NCBI GenBank assembly: GCA_023229505.1
Contig: JALNZD010000001.1
Location: forward strand, 66,823-130,822
Reading direction: 5' to 3'
DNA length: 64,000 bases
Origin: Bacteroidales bacterium
Lineage (GTDB): Bacteria; Bacteroidota; Bacteroidia; Bacteroidales; JAGOPY01
In this document: piece after piece, positions 29,969 to 38,349 of the stretch
Layout: each line of letters begins with the position of its first letter
Position numbering within the stretch: the stretch's first letter is position 1
The notes under the pieces: generated by a model
The model's database searches: none
What the model was told of the DNA's origin: nothing
What the model saw: the letters and a program-made list of their open reading frames with translations, nothing else
Made by a program: the position numbers and the translations under genes

Positions 29969-30338
29969 TTTCCAAGTCTTTATATTGATCTAATTCCATC
30001 TGGCTTAGGATGAGCCGGGTAAAAGGCCGTACGATGATAGCTCTTCTGAAAACATAGATAAATACGGCCAGGAGGATATAAAAACCGGCAATAATTAGAA
30101 ATCCCAGCCACCATTTTCCGGTCGCTTCGCCAAACCAATAGGCAAAGGCAAAAGAGCCGAAAACCACAACGAAAAACAATATCCAGAAAAGTACCAGCCA
30201 TAAAACCAGGCTGGAAAAAAATCTGATCAGGTAATCGGCAACATTGAGCCTAAAATAACCGACCTTCAGGTCTAAGTAAATTTTAATCTGGTCGAAAAAC
30301 CTCATCAATTGTGCGGATAGGCTATTATCTTCTTCCAT
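29955..30338 (-). CDS. phage-holin-family / DUF1469-like (YqjE-like) membrane protein
   Basis: 127 aa with two long TM helices (LVLWLVLFWILFFVVVFGSFAFAYW, WLGFLIIAGFYILLAVFIYVF). Lies next to a YtxH gene. Confidence 0.6.
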   Translation of the reverse strand: MEEDNSLSAQLMRFFDQIKIYLDLKVGYFRLNVADYLIRFFSSLVLWLVLFWILFFVVVFGSFAFAYWFGEATGKWWLGFLIIAGFYILLAVFIYVFRRAIIVRPFTRLILSQMELDQYKDLENEKE

Positions 30339-30369
30339 AACTGATAGTTATTATGTTATTGGTTAGTGG

Positions 30370-30672
30370 TTACAATTCTGTTTTGGGTTTGCGGGTGTAC
30401 TTCCTTTTTGCTACAGACGGTGGTTTTTGTGTTTTAGTTCCAGGTTTTGCTCTTGGAATTTTTGTCTTTAATTCATGTTCCGGTTCCACTCCCATTTCAT
30501 TCATCAGTTCCCCTAATCCGAGGCCATATTCATCAGCTAGTGCTTGTACTTTTTTCTTAATATTCTGACGGGTAATACTGCCTTTATCGGGAGCTAATAA
30601 TATACCTGCTAAAGCACCGGCGGCAGCGCCGGCCAGGAAGCCAAGGAGAAAATTTGACATTGTCTTTTTCAT
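30370..30672 (-). CDS. YtxH domain protein
   Basis: N-terminus FLLGFLAGAAAGALAGILLAPDKG is the YtxH signature. Confidence 0.8.
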   Translation of the reverse strand: MKKTMSNFLLGFLAGAAAGALAGILLAPDKGSITRQNIKKKVQALADEYGLGLGELMNEMGVEPEHELKTKIPRAKPGTKTQKPPSVAKRKYTRKPKTEL

Positions 30673-30676
30673 GTTT

Positions 30677-31771
30677 TTAAATATTTTCGGTTAATTTATC
30701 GATCAGTTTAAACCCGCTCAGAAATTCTTTCGCCACGATCCTGAGCACGGTATAACCCGGGATAGCCAGGATCATTCCCGGAATACCAGCCAGGCTTCCT
30801 GCCATCAGTATTACAAGGAGTATCTCAATCGGGTGCGCATTTACCCTTTTAGAGAAGATCAGGGGTTGTATGACAAAATTATCGATCAGGTTGGCTATGG
30901 AAAAAACGAGGATTACTGTGATTGCCGTATTCAGCGCATTATCATACAATCCCAGTCCCAGATCGGAGGAAATACCGAGTACTGTTCCGATAGAAGCCCC
31001 GATGATTGGCCCCAGGTAAGGGATCACGTTCATTAACCCTCCGAAAAAACCTATCAATATTGCATTTTCAATCCCAAAGACAGACAGGCCGATCGTAAGC
31101 AGTACCATCATGATAAAGAGCTGTGAAAGCAGACCTATAAAATACCTTGAAAGCATGATCTTGGTCTTATGCAGAATAGTTACAACTTCAGGCTGGAAAC
31201 GGTCAGGGGCAAACAAAAGGATCCCGCTCCTGAGCAGTTGGCGATCACGCAGAAAAAAAAATGAAAGGAAGAGCACGGAAAATATGCCGATAATTAACGT
31301 ACTCGTCGCACCGAGAAGCTTTTCAAAAAGGTTGGAAAAATCAGCAACATTGATCACGGAAGTGATCTGGCGTTCCAGGATACTTTGGAGTGTCTCGTCT
31401 GCTTTAATAATATCATAAGAAAGCAGCAGCCCCTGCATCCGGTCAATCACCCCTGCAAAGTATGTAACTACTTCATCTACATTGATCTTCGAGATCATTT
31501 GGGCCTGGCGCGTAATCATCGGAACAAAGAGGAGAGCCAGGCACACAAGCAACCCTATCAGGGTTACAATTGTGATGAGGGCTGCAATCGATTTAGGCAT
31601 GGATAGTTTGCCGATCCTGATTTTCGAAAGAAATTCCACCAGAGGCTGGCCAATCAAAGATATCACCCCGGCTGTGATGATATAAATCAATATATCGAAG
31701 AAATACCACATCATGAACAGACCGAGGAGCACCCCGATAACAGCAACGATGACACGATATTTCTGACTCAT
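30677..31771 (-). CDS. AI-2E family (PerM-like) transporter
   Basis: 364 aa, polytopic. The GGLMNVIPYLGPIIG motif is typical of the AI-2E/UPF0118 family. Confidence 0.88.
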   Translation of the reverse strand: MSQKYRVIVAVIGVLLGLFMMWYFFDILIYIITAGVISLIGQPLVEFLSKIRIGKLSMPKSIAALITIVTLIGLLVCLALLFVPMITRQAQMISKINVDEVVTYFAGVIDRMQGLLLSYDIIKADETLQSILERQITSVINVADFSNLFEKLLGATSTLIIGIFSVLFLSFFFLRDRQLLRSGILLFAPDRFQPEVVTILHKTKIMLSRYFIGLLSQLFIMMVLLTIGLSVFGIENAILIGFFGGLMNVIPYLGPIIGASIGTVLGISSDLGLGLYDNALNTAITVILVFSIANLIDNFVIQPLIFSKRVNAHPIEILLVILMAGSLAGIPGMILAIPGYTVLRIVAKEFLSGFKLIDKLTENI

Positions 31772-31873
31772 AGAAATATTGTTTTAATATACCCGGATAA
31801 CAAAGTTAAGAAATTTAAAACCAGCTAATTTTTAAAAATGAAGTAAACGGCAAGGATAAGGAATATAAAACCG

Positions 31874-34183
31874 TTACGGAAGAATTTTCCCCCAGGATTT
31901 ATTAGGATGAGGACCCATCACAAAAGTAATTTTTCCGCCTTTTATTAATGAAGAATGATCTATGTAATTTTTTAAATATCTCTCTCCGTTCAACAGGATA
32001 TCCTGGATGAATAAGTTGGTTTCCGACTGATTTCTCACCTCTAATTCCAATTTATTGCCATTCTCCAATGTAATAACGGCAGATTTTACAAGGGGGCTTC
32101 CAATGGCATACCAGTCGGCTCCGGGGCAGACCGGGTAGAATCCCAGGGAACTGAAAATGTACCATGCCGACATCTGGCCGCAGTCATCATTCCCGCACAA
32201 CCCGTCCGGCGCATCAGCATACATGGCTTTCATGATCATCCTCACCCTTTCCTGTGTTTTCCATGGCTGACCGGTCCAGTTATAAAGATAGGGGATATGA
32301 TGACCGGGCTCGTTGCCGTGCACATAACAGCCGATAATCCCATCACGCGTTATATCTTCAGTTTCTTTAAAATTTTCATCTGACAAGTGCATAGTGAATA
32401 ACGAATCGAGGTACCTTGAAAATTTTTCCCTACCTCCCATCAGGCTGATCATCTCAGGAATCTGATGCGGGACATAAAGGCTGTAATTCCAGGCATTTCC
32501 TTCAATAAAACCCTGCCCATGCGTATTCAGAGGGTCAAACGGCACCTTCCATGAACCATCGTTCAGCTTTGGCCTCATGAAGCCCGTTCCTGGATCATAA
32601 ACATTCAAAAAGCTTGCAGATCGTTTGGTAAAAATCAGATCAATTTCAGGATTGCCAATTTTACCGGCCAATTGGGCAATGGTCCAGTCGTCATAGGCAT
32701 ATTCCAATGTTTTTGAAACCGAGGAAGAATTCTTGTCTTCCGGAACATAACCCATGACTTTATAATAGCCCAGACCATCAAAAAGATCATAATTGGCCGT
32801 ATTCACACAGGCTTCCAGCGCATGGCCGGTATCGAAACCATCATTTCCTTTTACAACGGCATCCGCGATGACCGAAACGGCGTGATAGCCAATCATGCAC
32901 CAATTCTCATTGGCATAGTGCGACCAGACTGGAAGCATCGGGTGCACGCTCTGATCATAATGGGCCAGCATGGATTTGATCATATCTGTATTCCTGCCGG
33001 GCTGTATTAGATTGAACAAAGGATGCAAGGCGCGGTAAGTATCCCAGAGCGAAAAAGTGGTGTAATTCGTAAAATCAGTTGCCTGGTTGATATTCTGGTC
33101 AAGGCCGCGGTAAGCGCCATCGACATCCATATAAACCGTCGGGCTGAGAAAAGAATGATAAAGGGCGGTGTAGAAGGTCACTTTATCGCCCGGGGTCATC
33201 GTTTCCACTACCACTTTGTTCAGTTCTTTATTCCATTTTCCCTGGCTTTCCCTGACTACCCGTTCAAAGTCCCAATGGGGAATTTCCGACTGTAGGTTTT
33301 TCAGGGCGCCATCCGTACTGACGGACGATAAGGCAAATTTGATTTTCAGTTTCTCCCCTTCTTTCATATTAAAGTCGAAATAAGCCCGGATCTTCTTGCC
33401 TGCCATTTCCGGGAAGTTCTTCGTTTCATCAAACTTCCGGTAAAATCCCCGGTAAACGGTCTGATCGTATTTTTTATGCCCATATTGATAAAATGGTTTG
33501 CTGAAGACCATCGCGAAATAAATCACCCGTGTCCTGGCCCAACCGTTTGTCTGGCGATAGCCGGTCACAAGCGTATCATTTTCCACCCGGATAAATGTCC
33601 AGACATTCTTATCATTATAATTATAAATCCCATGGATAAGATCAAGGATGACATGGGCGCTGTCGGTTTCCGGGAAGGTATACTGGTGAAAGCCTACCCG
33701 CGTTGTAGCCGTCAGTTCCGCCAGAATGCCGTCGTCATCCAGCTTCACTTTGTAATAGCCAGGTTCTGCAACTTCATTCTGATGTAAGTAAGCAGAGCGA
33801 TAGCCATTTTCAGGATGGACGGCAGTTCCCGGATTCAGCTGCAAAGCCCCGACCGTGGGCATAATCAGGAAATCTCCCAGGTCGGAATGCCCGGTCCCGC
33901 TGAAATGCGTATGGCTGAACCCCACGATCGTCGGGTCATCATATTGATATCCCGAGCAATAAGCATAAACCTCCCCGTTATATTTTCCGTCTTTTTCAAA
34001 GCTAATGGTATCAGTGTCAGGGCTGAGCTGCACCATGCCAAAAGGAACCGTTGCTCCCGGATAGGTATGGCCCATGCGTTGTGTGCCGATTAAAGGGTTT
34101 ATATATTGTATTAAGTTCTGTTGCGCTGAAAGATTGTCGAATATGATGACAAAGATTATTAGCAAGAAGTGAAGGTGTTTCAT
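31874..34183 (-). CDS. GH92 family alpha-mannosidase
   Basis: 769 aa. INPLIGTQRMGHTYPGATVPFGMVQLSPDT at the N-terminus, plus FSHTHFSGTG and GNEPGHHIPYLY motifs. Confidence 0.93.
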   Translation of the reverse strand: MKHLHFLLIIFVIIFDNLSAQQNLIQYINPLIGTQRMGHTYPGATVPFGMVQLSPDTDTISFEKDGKYNGEVYAYCSGYQYDDPTIVGFSHTHFSGTGHSDLGDFLIMPTVGALQLNPGTAVHPENGYRSAYLHQNEVAEPGYYKVKLDDDGILAELTATTRVGFHQYTFPETDSAHVILDLIHGIYNYNDKNVWTFIRVENDTLVTGYRQTNGWARTRVIYFAMVFSKPFYQYGHKKYDQTVYRGFYRKFDETKNFPEMAGKKIRAYFDFNMKEGEKLKIKFALSSVSTDGALKNLQSEIPHWDFERVVRESQGKWNKELNKVVVETMTPGDKVTFYTALYHSFLSPTVYMDVDGAYRGLDQNINQATDFTNYTTFSLWDTYRALHPLFNLIQPGRNTDMIKSMLAHYDQSVHPMLPVWSHYANENWCMIGYHAVSVIADAVVKGNDGFDTGHALEACVNTANYDLFDGLGYYKVMGYVPEDKNSSSVSKTLEYAYDDWTIAQLAGKIGNPEIDLIFTKRSASFLNVYDPGTGFMRPKLNDGSWKVPFDPLNTHGQGFIEGNAWNYSLYVPHQIPEMISLMGGREKFSRYLDSLFTMHLSDENFKETEDITRDGIIGCYVHGNEPGHHIPYLYNWTGQPWKTQERVRMIMKAMYADAPDGLCGNDDCGQMSAWYIFSSLGFYPVCPGADWYAIGSPLVKSAVITLENGNKLELEVRNQSETNLFIQDILLNGERYLKNYIDHSSLIKGGKITFVMGPHPNKSWGKILP

Positions 34184-34190
34184 AGTGAAA

Positions 34191-34320
34191 AGTTGTTAGT
34201 TTAGGTTTTAAGGTTTTAGGTTTAAGGGTTAAGTTTAGGACTTTTTTACTGTCTGTAAATCAAATATTTATATAAATTTCCAGAACTTAAACCTTAACCC
34301 TTAAACCTCAACACTTAAAT
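34191..34320. repeat. pair of inverted heptanucleotide arrays (TAAGGTT-type)
   Basis: Left arm 34191..34239 (agttgtt agtttag gttttaa ggtttta ggtttaa gggttaa gtttagg). Right arm 34286..34320 (cttaaac cttaacc cttaaac ctcaaca cttaaat). A 14-bp perfect complement joins 34220..34233 and 34293..34306. The right arm begins at the aldehyde dehydrogenase stop. Confidence 0.75.
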
Positions 34321-35739
34321 CAATCCTTTGCTCTTCATCACTATCAGCTTCTCCCGCGTCATTTCGTGCATTGAATAAGGGATCCCTCCTATGCCGATTC
34401 CGGATTCGTCGCGCCCGCCAAACGGCATCCAGTCGACACGGAAGGCGGTATGGTCGTTGATCATCACGGCGGAAGCATTGAGTTTTTGTGCCGTTTCCAG
34501 CGCCATATCGATATCGCGGGTAAAGACGGCTGCCTGGAATGCATAGCGCAGATTATTGGCTTTTGAGATGGCATCACCCAGATCTGAATAGGGATAGACG
34601 CAGATCACCGGGCCGAAGACTTCCTCCCTGGATACCTTTATGTGCTCAGGAGGAGCGAATAAGACTGTGGGACTGTAGGAAGCGGGGAAGCGGGGGAGCG
34701 GGGGAGATTGATTTAAAATTAATTGGCCGCCTGTAAGTAATTCTGCTCCGGTTGCTTTGGCTTCTTCAACCCAGTCATGAACTCGATTAACCTCACTTTC
34801 TGCTATCATGGGGCCTATATCCGTCTGCGGATCGAGCGGATCGCCGACTTTAAGGTTAGCGGCGATTTCGGCAAGCTTTTCTGCGAACGGGCGGGCAATT
34901 TCTTCATGTACGAACACCCGCTGCACAGAAACACAGACCTGCCCGGCGTGGTAAAAACCACCTTTGGCAATGCCGGGAGCTATTTCTTCAATTTCCGCTG
35001 ATTTATCTATGATGACCGGGGCTACGCCACCGTGTTCAAGTGCAATTCGTGTGCCTGGGGCAAGGATCGACCGGAGGTGCCATCCTACAGCATGTGATCC
35101 GATGAAAGTCACATAGCCAATCCGTGGATCGGCGGAGAGTTTTTCAGCCAGGTCGCGCCGGCAGACCAATGCGGTGCAGTGTGCCTCCGGCAGTCCGGCC
35201 TCGTAAAGCAGCCTGACCAGGTTGAAGCAGGAAACAGGAGTCGAAGATGCGGGCTTCACAATGACCGGGCAACCGGTTGCGATGGCCGGAATTACCTGGT
35301 GGATGATCAGGTTCAACGGATGGTTGAAGGCGCTGATTGCAAATACCACGCCTATTGGTTCCCGCGTGGTAAAAGCAAGCCTGTTAACCGAAGCAGCCGT
35401 CATTCCCATCGGGATCTCTTCTCCGCGAAGGTTATAGAGTTCAGCTGTTGCGATTTTTACGCCGTTGATGGCTCTCAGGACTTCCACTTTAGAATCGCGG
35501 TAAGGCTTGCCACCTTCTTCGGCGGCAATCCGCGTAAGTTCTTCCACCTGTTTTTCCATCAGGCCGGCAAGCCTTTCAAGGATTTCGATCCGATGGTATT
35601 TATGGAGCCAGCGGGATTGGTCATGGAACAAGTCATAAGCCTTGCTTATGGCGCGTTCAATTTCTCTTTCCCCGGCAAGGGGAAATTCCCGGATAAAATG
35701 ATGGTCGTACGGCGACTTTACTGTCAGGATAGCAGACAT
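34315..35739 (-). CDS. NAD(P)-dependent aldehyde dehydrogenase family protein
   Basis: 474 aa. ALEHGGVAP (catalytic Glu region), GFYHAGQVCVSVQR (catalytic Cys), EEVFGPV. Confidence 0.9.
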   Translation of the reverse strand: MSAILTVKSPYDHHFIREFPLAGEREIERAISKAYDLFHDQSRWLHKYHRIEILERLAGLMEKQVEELTRIAAEEGGKPYRDSKVEVLRAINGVKIATAELYNLRGEEIPMGMTAASVNRLAFTTREPIGVVFAISAFNHPLNLIIHQVIPAIATGCPVIVKPASSTPVSCFNLVRLLYEAGLPEAHCTALVCRRDLAEKLSADPRIGYVTFIGSHAVGWHLRSILAPGTRIALEHGGVAPVIIDKSAEIEEIAPGIAKGGFYHAGQVCVSVQRVFVHEEIARPFAEKLAEIAANLKVGDPLDPQTDIGPMIAESEVNRVHDWVEEAKATGAELLTGGQLILNQSPPLPRFPASYSPTVLFAPPEHIKVSREEVFGPVICVYPYSDLGDAISKANNLRYAFQAAVFTRDIDMALETAQKLNASAVMINDHTAFRVDWMPFGGRDESGIGIGGIPYSMHEMTREKLIVMKSKGLI

Positions 35740-35750
35740 AAGGAGGATTT

Positions 35751-36560
35751 TTATAATTCCTCCACCAGGTCGGAAAAGATTTTCACAAGCCCTTGCTCGG
35801 CCTGGGAGGCGTAATAAAGTATTTTCGAAATATCGACAGGTTCAAGATGATCCGGGTCACATTCATCCGTAACAACGGAAATAGCAGCCACCGGGAGTTT
35901 CATGTGGTTGGCCACTATCACTTCGGGGGTGGTTGACATCCCAACGACATCGGCACCAATGCGGCTAAGCCACCTGTATTCGGCGCGGGTTTCGAGGTTT
36001 GGTCCTGATACAGCCACATAGACGCCCCGATGCAAAGTGATGCCGTTCTTTTCAGCGATCCGGATTATCTTCTGATTGATTTCCTTTGAATAAGCCTGGC
36101 TCATGTCCGGGAAACGGGTTCCCAGTTCATCGAAATTGGGCCCGATCAAAGGATTCGGAAGCAGGTTGATATGATCCTCGATGAGCATCAGTGATCCTTT
36201 TTTGAATGCGGTATTCATGGCACCGCAGGCGTTGGAAACCAGCAAACTGCGTATTCCAAGGACTTTCATAACCCGGATCGGCAGGGTGATTTCCTGGGTG
36301 GTATAACCTTCATAAGTATGGAAACGGCCCTTCATGACCAGGACCTTCTTACCGCGAAGCATGCCATATATCAGGATTCCATGGTGAAATTCGACGGTTG
36401 AAATTGGAAAGTGGGGAATCTTCTCATAATCGATCTCAATTTCAGGCTCGATCTGGTCGGCCAGTTTTCCCAGGCCGGTTCCAAGAATAATGCCAATTTC
36501 AGGTTCCGTGATCCCTTTCGATCGTAAAAATGCTGCGGATTCCAGTATTCTGTTCATCAT
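35751..36560 (-). CDS. punA: purine nucleoside phosphorylase (trimeric PunA type)
   Basis: IILGTGLGKLAD...IPHFP.STVEFHHG...GRFHTYEGY...NACGA...GPNLETRAEYR...GADVVGMST motifs. Confidence 0.88.
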   Translation of the reverse strand: MMNRILESAAFLRSKGITEPEIGIILGTGLGKLADQIEPEIEIDYEKIPHFPISTVEFHHGILIYGMLRGKKVLVMKGRFHTYEGYTTQEITLPIRVMKVLGIRSLLVSNACGAMNTAFKKGSLMLIEDHINLLPNPLIGPNFDELGTRFPDMSQAYSKEINQKIIRIAEKNGITLHRGVYVAVSGPNLETRAEYRWLSRIGADVVGMSTTPEVIVANHMKLPVAAISVVTDECDPDHLEPVDISKILYYASQAEQGLVKIFSDLVEEL

Positions 36561-36641
36561 AAGTGTTGAAATGAAGCGTCAAAGGTAAGAAAATTCTAAA
36601 TTCCAATTTTTTCAATATCTTTAGCCCTTCAATTTATCCAT

Positions 36642-37260
36642 ATGAGGAACATCCCTCAACTTCTCGTTATTGCTGCCATCCTTGGGCTTCTGACATAGGG
36701 TATAATTTCACCTATGAAATGTCGTGGATTATGGCGGTACACTGAGTTATGGCGGCCCGAAGCGCTGGATGTCCGGGTACACTCAATATTACAACGGTAT
36801 GCATAACCGCATCACCAATGCTTACCAGATCCAGGTCGGCACCCCTGAAGCGGGAAAATACGTGCTTACCACCTTCGGGGGCAGCGCTAACCATGCGATG
36901 ACTATATTAGGCTATAACGATTCTATCCGCTGGGATTACAACAATGTAAGCCTTAACAAGCCTGAAGTTATTCTCGGCTATCCCATTTATGATTACCATG
37001 GAGGCGATAACTATATGCAGGGTGGAACAACCGAAGCCGATAAAACCATCGAATTCGGCCTGGATCTTTCGAAATTACTCAGCGATATCAACCTGAACCA
37101 GGATGTCAAAGTTTTTCTGCAGGTTGTCCAAGACTTTTACCTTCTCATCCACTGGAGTTATCGTTCAGGACTCCGTGGTTTCAGGCGGGGATGATGTAAT
37201 CGCTTTCGGGGAAACGGCCTGGATGAATATCTCGATCTTAAATCTCCGGCAGGAAGTTGA
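36642..37260 (+). pseudogene. decayed secreted papain-like cysteine peptidase gene
   Basis: The ATG at 36642 gives an MRNIPQLLVIAAILGLLT signal-like start, then TAG at 36693. ORF 36724..37194 carries only the C-terminal half of a peptidase-like domain (GGSANHAMTILGYNDS, a His-region look-alike) with no catalytic Cys region. The frame then shifts near 37110 into ...STGVIVQDSVVSGGDDVIAFGETAWMNISILN. Confidence 0.45.
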
Positions 37261-37282
37261 AAAGCAGGAGGTCATTTTCCTG

Positions 37283-37681
37283 ATGATCATAGAGCGATTC
37301 CCTCACAAGTTTGACTGGACCTTTATCGACCAGTTATATGCGCTATACACACATTCATGGCTGAAAGATCCTGTCTATGAAAATATTAATAAGACCATGC
37401 AGGTCGGCCCCTGGTACGGAGATATCATCAATAGGGCAGCACTGAGACATATTTCTCTGGAAGAAGCCCTTATTGAAGAGGGAAAATTCCTTTTTTACCG
37501 GAATGATACGGTGAATTATCTGATCAATTATGGCCAGGATCATTTCAGCCGGATTATTTCAGACAATCCCGTCTGGATGGAACACGTCAGGGGAAAAGCG
37601 ATACAAAAGGGAATTCCGCTGAAAGAGATGATAAGGTTGGATGCGGAGTATATGTGGGAGCAGAAACTTAAGAAGTTTTGA
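37283..37681 (+). CDS. hypothetical protein (or the 3-prime fragment of a larger decayed gene)
   Basis: This is the distal part of ORF 37103..37681, from the internal ATG (MIIERFPHKFDW...). No recognised family. Coding status is uncertain. Confidence 0.3.
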   Translation: MIIERFPHKFDWTFIDQLYALYTHSWLKDPVYENINKTMQVGPWYGDIINRAALRHISLEEALIEEGKFLFYRNDTVNYLINYGQDHFSRIISDNPVWMEHVRGKAIQKGIPLKEMIRLDAEYMWEQKLKKF

Positions 37682-37719
37682 GTGTTAAGTGTTGAGTGTT
37701 AAGTTGGGGACTTTTTTAT
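37679..37719 (+). repeat. heptanucleotide stop-codon array plus a T-run tail
   Basis: TGAGTGT TAAGTGT TGAGTGT TAAGTTG starts at the stop codon, giving stops in frames 0, +1, +2 and 0 at 37679, 37686, 37693 and 37700. It is followed by GGGGACTTTTTTAT. Confidence 0.75.
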
Positions 37720-37734
37720 TTGGAAAAATGGTGT

Positions 37735-37742
37735 AATTTTGC
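37735..37742 (+). promoter_or_regulatory. candidate -7 box TAnnTTTG upstream of efp
   Basis: TAATTTTG lies 38 nt upstream of the ATG at 37780. Confidence 0.3.
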
Positions 37743-37779
37743 AAAAATTTTCGGAAAATCTTTCTAAAACCTCAGTAAT

Positions 37780-38346
37780 ATGCCAACAACCGCGGATTTC
37801 AGGAATGGATTGTGCATCGAATTTAACAATGACCTCTGGGCGATCGTTGAGTTTCAGCATGTCAAACCCGGCAAAGGCGGTGCTTTCGTCCGGACCAAGA
37901 TAAAGAACCTTCGTGATGGCCGGGTGCTTGAAAATACCTTCATAGCCGGTGTCAAGATCAATATTGTCAGGATCGAAAGAAGGCCTCATCAATATCTTTA
38001 TAACGATGGGGATTCCTATCACTTCATGAATTCCGATACCTTCGAACAGGTCTATATCGAGAAAAAAATGATCGATGCTGCGGACCTGCTCAAGGAAGGA
38101 CAGACAGTCGACCTGATCTTCCATTCCGAAACGGAAACCGTGTTGCAGTGCGAAATGCCGGCTACGGTCACGCTTGAAGTGACTTACACCGAGCCCGGGG
38201 AAAAAGGCAACACCGCCACCAACACGCTGAAAGAGGCAACAGTTGAAACCGGCGCTATCGTCCGGGTACCGCTGTTTATCAATGCCGGTGAGAAAATCAA
38301 GGTAGATACCCGTACTTACCGGTATGCTGAAAGAGCTAAAGATTAA
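37780..38346 (+). CDS. efp: elongation factor P
   Basis: 188 aa. [38 protein letters not shown] is canonical for EF-P. Confidence 0.95.
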   Translation: MPTTADFRNGLCIEFNNDLWAIVEFQHVKPGKGGAFVRTKIKNLRDGRVLENTFIAGVKINIVRIERRPHQYLYNDGDSYHFMNSDTFEQVYIEKKMIDAADLLKEGQTVDLIFHSETETVLQCEMPATVTLEVTYTEPGEKGNTATNTLKEATVETGAIVRVPLFINAGEKIKVDTRTYRYAERAKD

Positions 38347-38349
38347 TAT

